A stretch of 29,674 nt of DNA from Gemmatimonadota bacterium (GCA_039588275.1 JBDHAC010000042.1:1-29674); one strand, 5' to 3'. Positions 9,363 through 18,245 are shown, numbered from the stretch's first letter. The notes: a model not told the origin generated them from the sequence alone. Numbers and translations are program-made.

Positions 9363-10973
9363 TCAATCCGCGGCCGCCGCTACCTCCACGGAAGCCGCCA
9401 GCCCACCGCTAGCGGACGAATCATAGTCGACGGCGTCGAAGGCCTCGGGGGCGTGGAGCGCCCACCAATCGCGTGCCCTGCCCTGAGACCAGCGCTCCGG
9501 GAGCGCGACAGCCAGCAGCGCTTCCTTGAGCGCCTCGGCGGTCTGGAAGCGATCGCGCGGCTCCTTCTCCAGGCACTTCATGACCAGCGCATCCAGCTCG
9601 TCGGGGATAGGTAGCTCCGAAACCTCCTTCGGGTGCTGTGGGATGGTCTTCACGTGATCGATGATCAGATCCAGACTGGACGAGCCGCCGAACAGGTGCG
9701 TGCCGGTGAGCATCCAATATGCGACACCGCCCAGGTTGTACAGATCGGAGCGCGCGTCTGCCCTGTTCGCGCCGTACACGGACTCGGGCGCTATGTACCG
9801 CGGCGTCCCGAAGACCATGCCCGTCTTCGTTAGCCCCGAATCCGCCGCCTGCTTCACCTCCCGCGCGAGCCCGAAGTCGAGCACTTTCACGAAATCGTAC
9901 AGCCCGCCGCGGTGGGTGATGAAGATGTTGGAGGGCTTGATGTCGCGGTGGACGATCCCGCGAGCATGCGCCTCCGCGAGCGAGCCACAGATCTGCGACA
10001 GGATGTACACGGCACGGTCCGACGGGATCGGCCCGAACCGTTCCACCAGGCGTTGGAGGTCGAGTCCCTCCAGGTACTCCATCGCATAATAGAACGTGTT
10101 GTCGGCCGTACGCCCGAAGTCGAATATCGTGATCGTGTTCGGGTGCGTCAGGGACGCGGACAGCTTGACCTCTCGCTCGAAACGAGCCACCGCCGCGGGT
10201 CCGTCCGACTGGTCGCCGGACATGACCTTCACCGCCGTCGGCCGGCAGATCATCGCGTGGCGGGCCACGAACACCTGCCCCATCCCGCCCTCGCCGAGCT
10301 CCTTCTCGATCAGATAGTTCCCCAACCGCTTGGCCCGGTGCGCGCTACGGTGGAGGCTGTGCAGGTTGCGACTCACGAGCACCGAGACCACCCCGATCAT
10401 CGTGATCCCGCTCACCCGCCAGGTCCTCTCCCAGAAAGCGGCCCGCGAGCCCAATCGCTCCCAGTAGGCCGCGACCTCCGGGACGATCGCCGACAGCAGC
10501 GTGTAGGAAACGACCGCCACGACGACCGCGAAGCCGGCCAACCAGATCTGGGCGTTCCGGCACGGCAGGAACGCCGCCATCACGAACAGCAGCAGCGCCA
10601 CCGGCAGGAAGGGCTCGCGAAACGGGTAGAGGATCGCGACCGCGGAAATGACCAGGAGCAGGTTGAACGCGACCACCCAGAACGCGATACCTTGTATCCT
10701 GGCGAGGCTGCGCGAGCCGAGCTGGACGGCGGCGAGCCCGAGTATGAACGACAACGGGTGCGCGAGGTGGAGCGCGCGGCCCCACCCCCCGAGCGCGATC
10801 GGCTCGAGCCCGTACAGCACGTTGAGGATGAACACGAACATGCTGGCGCCGATCCCGATCAGGAACACGAGCCGGGTGCGCCGCCACAGGATGCCCTCCA
10901 TCTCACGGTCGAACGAGCCGCCCGTCGTCGTGTATACTCCGGAGCTGGGAACCTGGATCTTCTGTTCTTCCAT
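9363..10973 (-). CDS. Hanks-type serine/threonine protein kinase with N-terminal multi-pass membrane domain
   Basis: LGEGGMGQVF, AVK, HRDIKPSN, DFG, GTPRYIAPE and SDLYNLG motifs. About 6 hydrophobic segments precede the kinase domain. Confidence 0.96.
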   Translation of the reverse strand: MEEQKIQVPSSGVYTTTGGSFDREMEGILWRRTRLVFLIGIGASMFVFILNVLYGLEPIALGGWGRALHLAHPLSFILGLAAVQLGSRSLARIQGIAFWVVAFNLLLVISAVAILYPFREPFLPVALLLFVMAAFLPCRNAQIWLAGFAVVVAVVSYTLLSAIVPEVAAYWERLGSRAAFWERTWRVSGITMIGVVSVLVSRNLHSLHRSAHRAKRLGNYLIEKELGEGGMGQVFVARHAMICRPTAVKVMSGDQSDGPAAVARFEREVKLSASLTHPNTITIFDFGRTADNTFYYAMEYLEGLDLQRLVERFGPIPSDRAVYILSQICGSLAEAHARGIVHRDIKPSNIFITHRGGLYDFVKVLDFGLAREVKQAADSGLTKTGMVFGTPRYIAPESVYGANRADARSDLYNLGGVAYWMLTGTHLFGGSSSLDLIIDHVKTIPQHPKEVSELPIPDELDALVMKCLEKEPRDRFQTAEALKEALLAVALPERWSQGRARDWWALHAPEAFDAVDYDSSASGGLAASVEVAAAAD

Positions 10974-11070
10974 CCGGCGCCTCGGTGCTGTCAGATCGAC
11001 CTGCGTGGGTCCGCACCCCGAAAAACCGCCAGTTTCGCGGCTACGTTCCCCACATTTCGGGGCCCCCGCA

Positions 11071-11249
11071 GCGTCGATGTCGGCGGCGTGGCGATAGGTT
11101 TCAAAGGTAGCGAACCGTCTTCAGATGTGCGCCTCTCGAACGATCGGCAGGCCTGCTCGTGAGTGGAGCCCTTGCGACCGATCGTACGTCGGCACGATCT
11201 GAAGCGCCGGCTCCCGTGCGAACCGTCCCGCCATCCCCGTACATTCCGC
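11071..11249. ncRNA. Candidate structured RNA element: long imperfect rod-shaped hairpin, possibly 6S-like
   Basis: Nested complementary segments: TGGCG 11089-93/CGCCA 11229-33; GGTT 11097-100/AACC 11221-24; CTTCAGAT 11119-26/ATCTGAAG 11197-204; GTGC 11127-30/GCAC 11192-95; ACGATCGG 11140-47/CCGATCGT 11178-85. Identity and strand are not established. Confidence 0.4.
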
Positions 11250-11277
11250 GCCCTCGTCGACTTCAGCCTCGGGTGAT

Positions 11278-12291
11278 ATGAGCGAGCTCGTCGATATGGC
11301 GGTGATAGGCGCGGGCCCTTGTGGGCTCGCTGTGGGGGTAGCGGCCCGCGCGGCGGGGCTTCGCTCCGTGCTGTTCGACCGCGGTTGCATCACGAGCTCG
11401 ATCGTCGAATACCCGATCTACATGACGTTCTTCAGCACGCCGGAGCGTCTCGAGATCGGCGGCGTGCCGTTCGTCGTCGGGGGTGCGAAGCCCACCCGCC
11501 GCGAAGCGCTCATCTACTACCGGCGTGTCGTACGCCACTTCGACCTGGATGTCCGTCAATACGAGGAGGTCGTCGCGGTCTCCGGCTCCGAAGGGGCATT
11601 CACTTTGAGAAGCCGATCTCTGCACGGGAGCGAGCGCCACACTCGGGCGCGGGCGGTGGTGCTCGCCACCGGGGCCCTCGGGGAGCCCAATCTGCTCTCG
11701 GTTCCCGGAGAGGAGCTCCCGCACGTGTTCCACGCGTTCCGCGAGGCGCTGCCGTACTACGACCAGGACGTGGTCGTGGTCGGGGGTGGTAACTCGGCCG
11801 CCGAATCCGCGCTCGAGCTGTTTCGGGCAGGGGCGCGGGTTACGATCGTGCACTTCGGGGACGAGTTCGACCGCGGCGTCAAACCCTGGATCCGCTCGGA
11901 CATCATGAACCGCATCGAGGCTGGCGAGATCGCGGTCCGGTGGCGGGCGCGGGTCGAGCGAATCGAGCCTGGAGAGGTCTGTCTGCGCGAGACCGACTCG
12001 GACTCGAGGAGCGAGTTACGGGCCGATTGGGTCTTCGCGTTGACGGGGTGGCAGCCGGATCACGCCTTCTTTAGACGGCTCGGGATCGCGCTCGATCCGG
12101 AGACCGGTATCCCGAGCTATGACCCTGACACGATGGAGACCAACGTCGCGGGTCTGTATATCGCGGGTGTCGTCGTCGCAGGGTACGATGCCAACAAGGT
12201 GTTTATCGAGAACGGGCGTCACCACGGCGACGTTCTGGTGCGAGCCTACCACGATCGGGCTCGGGCGAGGGGCTGGCATCCGGCCCGCTGA
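11278..12291 (+). CDS. ypdA: YpdA family putative bacillithiol disulfide reductase (FAD/NADPH oxidoreductase)
   Basis: IGAGPCGL, SIVEYPIYMTFFSTPERLEIGGVPF, KPTRREALIYYRRV, VGGGNSAAESAL, ETNVAGLYIAG and VFIENGRHH are characteristic YpdA segments. No TrxR CxxC. Confidence 0.92.
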   Translation: MSELVDMAVIGAGPCGLAVGVAARAAGLRSVLFDRGCITSSIVEYPIYMTFFSTPERLEIGGVPFVVGGAKPTRREALIYYRRVVRHFDLDVRQYEEVVAVSGSEGAFTLRSRSLHGSERHTRARAVVLATGALGEPNLLSVPGEELPHVFHAFREALPYYDQDVVVVGGGNSAAESALELFRAGARVTIVHFGDEFDRGVKPWIRSDIMNRIEAGEIAVRWRARVERIEPGEVCLRETDSDSRSELRADWVFALTGWQPDHAFFRRLGIALDPETGIPSYDPDTMETNVAGLYIAGVVVAGYDANKVFIENGRHHGDVLVRAYHDRARARGWHPAR

Positions 12292-12409
12292 TTCACCGAG
12301 ATTCCACGCCGGGCCCCGGCCGAGACGGCGCACGGGTGTTTGCCGATCGGGTGGAGCCGGCCCGTTCGTAAGGCCCTGATGGACCCTGTCCACAAGCGTT
12401 AGACGAGCC

Positions 12410-13414
12410 ATGCACAAGACACAGATCCTCTCTACCGGTTACTGCGTTCCCGAGCGCGTCGTGACGAACGAAGAGCTCGCCGGCATCATGGATACGTCGG
12501 ACGAATGGATCCAGCAGCGCTCGGGGATCGAGGAGCGCCGCTGGGTCGAGGGTGACGAGGCCGGCTCCGACCTGGGCAAGCGAGCCGCCGACATGGCCCT
12601 GGAGCGGGCCGGGCTGGAGGCGTCGGATATCGACTGCATCATCGTGGCCACCTTGAGCCCGGACTATTTCTTCCCTGGGACCGGCGTCTTTCTGCAGCGC
12701 AAGCTCGGGATCACGGATATTCCGTGTCTCGACGTTCGAAACCAGTGCAGCGGCTTCGTGTATGGCCTGTCCGTCGCCGACGCCTGGATTCGCGTGGGTC
12801 AATACGAGCGAATCCTCCTCGTCGGGGCCGAGATTCACTCCACCGGGCTTCACCGGAACACGGATGGACGAGATACCGCCGTCCTGTTCGGGGACGGCGC
12901 GGGCGCGGTGATTCTCGCACCCACCGGTGCAGGGCGGAACGGAAAGCATACGGTGCTCTCCGTCCACATCCATGCGGACGGCCGTCATGCGGAGAAGCTC
13001 TGGGTCGAGGCTCCTGCGTCGAAGGGGAATCCGCTGATCAGCCACGAGGACATCGATCGGGGGCTGACGCGGCCCGCGATGGAGGGCCGCGAGGTCTTCA
13101 AGCACGCGGTCGTGAAGATGCCGAGGGCGGTTCATGAGGCGCTCGGCGCGAACGGGCTCACGATCGATGACATCGACATGGTGATCCCGCACCAGGCCAA
13201 CCTGCGGATCTCACAGGCCGTGCAGAAGTCGCTCGGACTCTCTGACGACCAGGTCTACAACAACATCCAGCGGTATGGGAACACGACCGCGGCCAGTATC
13301 CCGATCGCCCTCCACGAATGCGTGGAGGAAGGCAAGCTCCAGAGCGGTGACGTCCTGTGTCTGACCGCCTTCGGCTCGGGGTTCACCTGGGGTAGCGCCC
13401 TCATCCGCTGGTAA
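12410..13414 (+). CDS. fabH: 3-oxoacyl-ACP synthase III (FabH family)
   Basis: DTSDEWIQQRSGIEERR, catalytic Cys in NQCSGF, LFGDGAGA, His in PHQANLRI, Asn in YGNTTAASIP, and FGSGFTWGS. Confidence 0.95.
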   Translation: MHKTQILSTGYCVPERVVTNEELAGIMDTSDEWIQQRSGIEERRWVEGDEAGSDLGKRAADMALERAGLEASDIDCIIVATLSPDYFFPGTGVFLQRKLGITDIPCLDVRNQCSGFVYGLSVADAWIRVGQYERILLVGAEIHSTGLHRNTDGRDTAVLFGDGAGAVILAPTGAGRNGKHTVLSVHIHADGRHAEKLWVEAPASKGNPLISHEDIDRGLTRPAMEGREVFKHAVVKMPRAVHEALGANGLTIDDIDMVIPHQANLRISQAVQKSLGLSDDQVYNNIQRYGNTTAASIPIALHECVEEGKLQSGDVLCLTAFGSGFTWGSALIRW

Positions 13415-14174
13415 GCCCGCTCTGGCTCGACTCAGCCGTCGCGCGACGGGCCACCAGGCCGACGGCATACTCCGAGACGCCCAGCAGCGCTTTTATCCGC
13501 AACTTCCGCTCCATTGACTGCCAGTCTTCACGCCGGGCCTCGCGATAGCTCTTGAAGGCCTCGATGTCGAGCATCTCGAATCGGTGTCGCTCGATGAGCC
13601 GCCGAATTCGCTCCGGCGTGAAGGTGTGGGGGTGTGCGGGGTCCAATCCGGTCCGCGATAGGAAGCGGTGCATGTAATAGCCGCTGGCCGATCGGCAATT
13701 CACGGTAAGGTAGAGAATGCCGTCAGGGCGGATCACGCGGTAGAGCTCGTCCATCACCCCAGCCGCGTCCCGAACGTGATCGATGCAGTTCTCGATTATG
13801 ACCAGGTCGAAGCTGGCTCCCGGAAACGGGAGGGCCTCACCCATGGCTTGGCGATATTCCGTGCTCGGGTTCCGACGCTCGACCAGCGCCGGATCCAGGG
13901 CATACGTGTCCGCCAGAGGATCCACTGCGACCAGCCGCTTGCCTGGAAAGAAACTGACGATGCCGACCGGTCCGCTGCCTACCTCCAGGACATCCGCCGA
14001 GCCTGAGGCCAGCTCGCCGAGCCCCAGTCGGTCGAGCCGAGCGACGAGCTGCTCTGCGCGCCACTGGTAGAATGCGAGCAGAGGCGCCCCGCTCTTGGTC
14101 CCCCGGGCGGCGCGCCTGCGCCAGTAGGCAGCTTCGGAATGCTGGGCGCGCTCCCATCGGCCTTCGTCAACCAT
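13401..14174 (-). CDS. Class I SAM-dependent methyltransferase
   Basis: VLEVGSGPVG motif I, VAVDP, GEALPFPGASFDLVI, IDHV and ELYRVIRPDG. Its 3' end overlaps the fabH 3' end by 14 bp. Confidence 0.9.
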   Translation of the reverse strand: MVDEGRWERAQHSEAAYWRRRAARGTKSGAPLLAFYQWRAEQLVARLDRLGLGELASGSADVLEVGSGPVGIVSFFPGKRLVAVDPLADTYALDPALVERRNPSTEYRQAMGEALPFPGASFDLVIIENCIDHVRDAAGVMDELYRVIRPDGILYLTVNCRSASGYYMHRFLSRTGLDPAHPHTFTPERIRRLIERHRFEMLDIEAFKSYREARREDWQSMERKLRIKALLGVSEYAVGLVARRATAESSQSGLTSG

Positions 14175-14550
14175 CGTCGGCTCGCTTCAGCTCTGGTCCG
14201 TTCTCCTGGAGGGCGTTGGGTCGGAGGGAGTAGTCTGGTTGGAGTATGGACCTACTGATAGCCCCCTGAGTCCCTCGCACCAGCCGTACCGGCCCCTGCC
14301 GTAGCTCCAGGGCAGGACACCCGGTCGGTCACGGCTCGCCTTCTAACCTTTCGTGCGTCCTGGACTTGGGCAACCTACATCCACACACCTGTGCAACCGG
14401 CCACGGCTTGCTCGTCCTCTTCTCGTGAAGGCGCCATGCGACGTGGTGTGGGCGCTAACCCGCGCACCAAGTCCCCCTGGGGGGGAAACTCGACGTGCCG
14501 AATGGCGAAGTATGACGCTTCCGGTGCCATGGATGAGAGAGGAGAGGAAG

Positions 14551-16068
14551 ATGAGGTTTAGACGATGGACGACAGTTATGGCGACGGGGTTGATCATTGC
14601 GCCCCTCGGCCCGGTTACGATGCGCGGCGGGGCGGCCGTTCCCAACACCGCAGCGGTACGCACTGACGGGCGCGTTCGGGCCGCTGCCAGCGCCGCCGAC
14701 ACGAGCGCGACACGGACCTCTCCGCGCGGTCGCTCGACGGCGGCGGATCGCGAGTCGGTGGCGATCACGGTGTACAACCAGAACTTCGGGCTCGTGCGCG
14801 AGATCCGGAACGTGCCGGTGGGAGTGGGACGGATCGAGCTCGAGTTCGGCGACGTCGCGTCCGCGATCCAGACCGAGACCGTGCATATCCAGTCGCTCAA
14901 CGCGCCGTTTCAGGTGCTGGAGCAGAATTACCAGTACGACCTGCTGAGCCCGCAGAAGCTGCTCGAGAAGTACGTGGGCCGCACGGTGAAGGTGTACCGC
15001 TTCAACCCCGAGACCGAGCGCGAAGAGGTGGTCGAGGCCGAGGTCCTGTCGGTCAACAACGGCACCATCCTGCGCATCGGTGACGAGATCACCTTCAACT
15101 ACCCCGGCCGCATTGCCTTCCCCGAGGTGCCCGACAACCTCATCGCCGAGCCCACCCTCGTGTGGCTCGCGCAGAGCGAGGCCGAGCGGCAGCGACTGGA
15201 AGCGTCGTACCTCACGAACAACCTGAATTGGAAGGCGGACTACGTGATGGTGGTGAACGAGGACGACGACGAGGCCGGCCTCACCGGGTGGGTCACGCTC
15301 ACCAACAACTCCGGCGCCACGTACGAAGACGCCCGCCTCAAGCTCGTCGCCGGCGACGTCCAGCGCCTGGGCGGCGGTCGCCAACAGATGATGGAGTACG
15401 CCCGCATGGAGGCCGCGGATGCGGCCGCTCCCCAGTTCACGGAGGAGGGATTCTTCGAGTATCACCTGTACACGCTGGGGCGGCCGACCACGGTCAAGAA
15501 CAACGAGCAGAAGCAGGTCACCCTGCTCGAGGCCGCCGGCTTCGACGTCCAAAAACGCCTCATCTTCTACGGCGCCGACTACTACTACCGCGGCCAGTAC
15601 GGCGAAGTCGTCTCCAACCAGAAGGTCGACGTCCGCCTCGAGTTCGAGAACGCCGAGGACAACCGCCTCGGCATGCCCCTCCCCGCCGGCATCGTGCGGG
15701 TCTACAAGGAGGACGAGTCCGGCGCCCAACAGTTCATCGGCGAGGACCGCATCGACCACACGCCGCGTGACGAGCGCGTCCGCATCCGTATGGGCGACGC
15801 GTTCGACGTCGTCGGCGATCGGCGTCAGATGGACTGGACCGCGCTCGGTAGCTGCGTCTCCGAGTCCACCTGGGAGGTCCAGCTCCGCAACCACAAGGAC
15901 GACGACGTCGAGGTCGACGTCATCGAGCCCATCGGCGGCGACTGGGACATCCTCAGCTCCAGCCACCGCGCCACCACGCTCGACGCCCACACCTTCCGCT
16001 TCCGCGTCGATGTCCCCGCACGTGGCGAGACCACCATCAACTACCGCGTCCGCGTCCGCTGGTGCTGA
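14551..16068 (+). CDS. DUF4139 domain-containing exported protein
   Basis: Purine-rich RBS (GAGGAGAGGAAG) before ATG 14551 and a signal-like N-terminus. Motifs ITVYNQNFGLVRE, LEQNYQYDLLS, SYLTNNLNWKADY, EYHLYTL, LGMPLPAGIVRVY and IGEDRIDHTP. Confidence 0.88.
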   Translation: MRFRRWTTVMATGLIIAPLGPVTMRGGAAVPNTAAVRTDGRVRAAASAADTSATRTSPRGRSTAADRESVAITVYNQNFGLVREIRNVPVGVGRIELEFGDVASAIQTETVHIQSLNAPFQVLEQNYQYDLLSPQKLLEKYVGRTVKVYRFNPETEREEVVEAEVLSVNNGTILRIGDEITFNYPGRIAFPEVPDNLIAEPTLVWLAQSEAERQRLEASYLTNNLNWKADYVMVVNEDDDEAGLTGWVTLTNNSGATYEDARLKLVAGDVQRLGGGRQQMMEYARMEAADAAAPQFTEEGFFEYHLYTLGRPTTVKNNEQKQVTLLEAAGFDVQKRLIFYGADYYYRGQYGEVVSNQKVDVRLEFENAEDNRLGMPLPAGIVRVYKEDESGAQQFIGEDRIDHTPRDERVRIRMGDAFDVVGDRRQMDWTALGSCVSESTWEVQLRNHKDDDVEVDVIEPIGGDWDILSSSHRATTLDAHTFRFRVDVPARGETTINYRVRVRWC

Positions 16069-16115
16069 GGTCGCAGACGGCAGCGCTCGGCGACCCTGCG
16101 GACTGCGTCGGGCGG

Positions 16116-17285
16116 CTACGCCGGGACGACCGCGGCCTCCAAGGCTCGCTCCAGGTCCGCGACCAGGTCGTCAGCGCCCTCCAGACCGATCGAGAAGCGC
16201 ATGAGACCGTCGGTGATCCCGCTGCGGGCGCGCTCCTCCGGCGAAAGGTCACCGTGGATGGCCGCAGCCGGTCGTACGATGAGCGACTCGCCGCCACCGA
16301 GACTCACGGCCACGATAGGGATCGTCAGTCGCGACAGGAACCGTTCGGCCGGCTCGACGCCTCCCTCCATCTCGAACGCCAGCATCCCGCCGAAGCCATC
16401 CAACAGGCGGGTGGCCCGCGCGTGCTGGGGGTGTGACTCGAGTCCGGGATAGTGCACGCGCGCGACCGCCTCCTGCGACTCGAGGAACGCGGCGATCCGG
16501 CCGGCGGTCTCGTTCTGTTGCGCGACACGTACTCCCAGCGTCTTGAGCCCGCGCTCGAGCAGGAAGCAGCTGTGCGGGTCGAGGCTCCCCCCGAGGTGGT
16601 CCAGGGTGAACTTGATGCGCCGGATCCAGTCGGCGGATCCGGCCACCGAGCCGGCCACGATGTCGCTGTGGCCGTTCATGTACTTGGTGCAGCTCTCGAG
16701 GATCAGATCGAAACCGAGCTCCGCCGGCCGGAAGTTCACGGGCGTCGCGAAGGTGTTGTCGATGATCGATAGGAGACCGTGCTCGTTCGCGAACGCGCTG
16801 ACGGCCTCGAGATCCGCCATCTGCACGAGCGGGTTCGTGAGCGTCTCGACGTAGATCGCTTTCGTCGTGGGGGTGAGCAGAGCCTCCCACGACTCGGCCT
16901 CCTGAGGGTCGATCGCCGTGTGCGCCACGCCAAAACGGGTCAGCTCGTTCTGCAGCAACCCGGTCGTGCCACCGTACAGACAATCCTGGACGAGGAGGTG
17001 GTCGCCGGCGCTCGTGGCGGTCATGAGCGCGGCGGAGATCGCGGCCATGCCGCTGGCGGCGCACAGCGCCGCTTCCGTGCCCTCGAGGGCCGCGATTCGG
17101 CGGCCCAGCACGGCGTGATTCGGGCTGTTGCTCAGGCGTAGATACCCCACGTCGTGGTAGTCCTCGCCGTGGTATTCGTACGTGCTCGATTGGAAGACGG
17201 GGGTCACGACGGCCCCGCGGATTCGCGTGGGCTCGGCGCCGGCGTGCACGACACGGGTCGCGATCGACTTGCCATTCTGTTTCAC
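16116..17285 (-). CDS. Cys/Met metabolism PLP-dependent enzyme (cystathionine gamma-synthase/lyase family)
   Basis: TPVFQSSTY, YLRLSNSPN, ASGMAAI, LYGGT, DNTFATP, PLP-lysine motif SCTKYMNGHSD, VSLGG and RFSIGLE. Confidence 0.93.
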   Translation of the reverse strand: MKQNGKSIATRVVHAGAEPTRIRGAVVTPVFQSSTYEYHGEDYHDVGYLRLSNSPNHAVLGRRIAALEGTEAALCAASGMAAISAALMTATSAGDHLLVQDCLYGGTTGLLQNELTRFGVAHTAIDPQEAESWEALLTPTTKAIYVETLTNPLVQMADLEAVSAFANEHGLLSIIDNTFATPVNFRPAELGFDLILESCTKYMNGHSDIVAGSVAGSADWIRRIKFTLDHLGGSLDPHSCFLLERGLKTLGVRVAQQNETAGRIAAFLESQEAVARVHYPGLESHPQHARATRLLDGFGGMLAFEMEGGVEPAERFLSRLTIPIVAVSLGGGESLIVRPAAAIHGDLSPEERARSGITDGLMRFSIGLEGADDLVADLERALEAAVVPA

Positions 17286-17381
17286 GGTGAACCTCGGGTA
17301 CAGGTCAGGGCCGGACGGTACGGGCAGTTAGTCTACGAGCTCGACGGTACGAGCACAGGCACCGGCCTCCTGCCGCAACCG

Positions 17382-17873
17382 TCAATGCGGGCCGCTCAAG
17401 CCCAGGGCGAAGCGCGCGAGCACGGGGTCCCAACCCTTGTAGTACTCGCGGCAGGTCTCGGCCGCTTCCTCTCCCAGCACCTCCCAGCCGGTGTGCGTCA
17501 ACCGAAGTCGCGTTCCCTCCTCCACCTCGTCGAAGTGCACCTCCAGGCGTGTGGCCGTCTCGGCGTCACGGCCCGGGTGCCAGGTCATGGCGAAGCGCCG
17601 AGGTGGGTCCCAGGCGGTCACGGTGCCCCACAACGCTTCGGTTCCATCCTTCTGCCGCTCGTACACGCGGCCCCCGACCCACGTCTCGAAGACCGCGGCG
17701 TCTGCGTCGCCCGGGCTCACCGAGTGCGTCTCGAGCGGCCACCAGGAGCCGATCCCCTCCGTGAATCGCCGGAAAGCGGACTCAACCGTGCCGAGCACCG
17801 TGACCTCCTTCTTTACAAGAAGACCCCCGTCCTGCGACTCTCCGGGCTTGGATTCAGCGATGCTCTCTGCCAT
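17382..17873 (-). CDS. SRPBCC/AHSA1-like (START superfamily) protein
   Basis: AFRRFTEGIGSWWP, WGTVTAWDPPRRFAMTW, LEVHF, TRLRLTHTGW and GW near the C-terminus. Directly downstream of an ArsR gene. Confidence 0.9.
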   Translation of the reverse strand: MAESIAESKPGESQDGGLLVKKEVTVLGTVESAFRRFTEGIGSWWPLETHSVSPGDADAAVFETWVGGRVYERQKDGTEALWGTVTAWDPPRRFAMTWHPGRDAETATRLEVHFDEVEEGTRLRLTHTGWEVLGEEAAETCREYYKGWDPVLARFALGLSGPH

Positions 17874-17900
17874 GTGACCTCCCGATTCGCGTCGTCTCGT

Positions 17901-18245
17901 TCATCGATCCACGTTGTCCCCGTCGGTTCGCGTCTCGTCCCCGTCGGTCTCATCCTGGGCGGCTTTGAAGGCCTCCAGGACGTCGTCCCACAGCGACTCC
18001 ACGTAGGCCCGCAGGGCCCGGACTCCCTCGGCGCTGGGCCGGTACACCCTCCGAGTCCCCAGCGCCCGCCACTCCACCAGGCCCGCTTCTCGAAGCACCC
18101 GCAGATGCTGCGACACCGCGGGCTGGCTCACCGGGAGCTCGGCGGCCAGCTCGCCTACCGAGCGCGGGCGGGCGCGCAGCTTCTCGAACAGCGCTCGCCG
18201 GGTCGGATCCGAGAGAGCGACCAGGACCTTGGAATAAGTATTCAC
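17901..18245 (-). CDS. ArsR/SmtB family transcriptional regulator
   Basis: ALSDPTRRALF...SVGELAAELPVSQPAVSQHLRVLREAGLV...GTRRVY winged HTH. GTG start. No Cys residues. Confidence 0.93.
   Translation of the reverse strand: MNTYSKVLVALSDPTRRALFEKLRARPRSVGELAAELPVSQPAVSQHLRVLREAGLVEWRALGTRRVYRPSAEGVRALRAYVESLWDDVLEAFKAAQDETDGDETRTDGDNVDR

Noticed and set aside
9912..11162. Long alternative ORFs (416 aa here; also 14455-15990, 17154-18458 and 24276-25748)
   Set aside because: They lie opposite well-supported genes, have no recognisable motifs, and are expected in high-GC DNA.
11071..11249. Interpretation of the long hairpin as an integron attC site, retron ncRNA or CRISPR repeat
   Set aside because: No properly placed RYYYAAC/GTTRRRY ends, no integrase, reverse transcriptase or cas gene in the window, and no repeat-spacer periodicity.
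12385..12393. DnaA-box-like CTGTCCACA upstream of fabH
   Set aside because: Single imperfect copy, with no box cluster or AT-rich unwinding element.
13401..14174. Idea that the methyltransferase is a bacillithiol N-methyltransferase because ypdA is nearby
   Set aside because: Opposite strand, not adjacent to ypdA, and only generic class I motifs are visible.
14393..14416. ECF-sigma-like GCAACC-N14-CGTC upstream of DUF4139
   Set aside because: Short motif with borderline spacing; cannot be distinguished from chance without a genome-wide motif.
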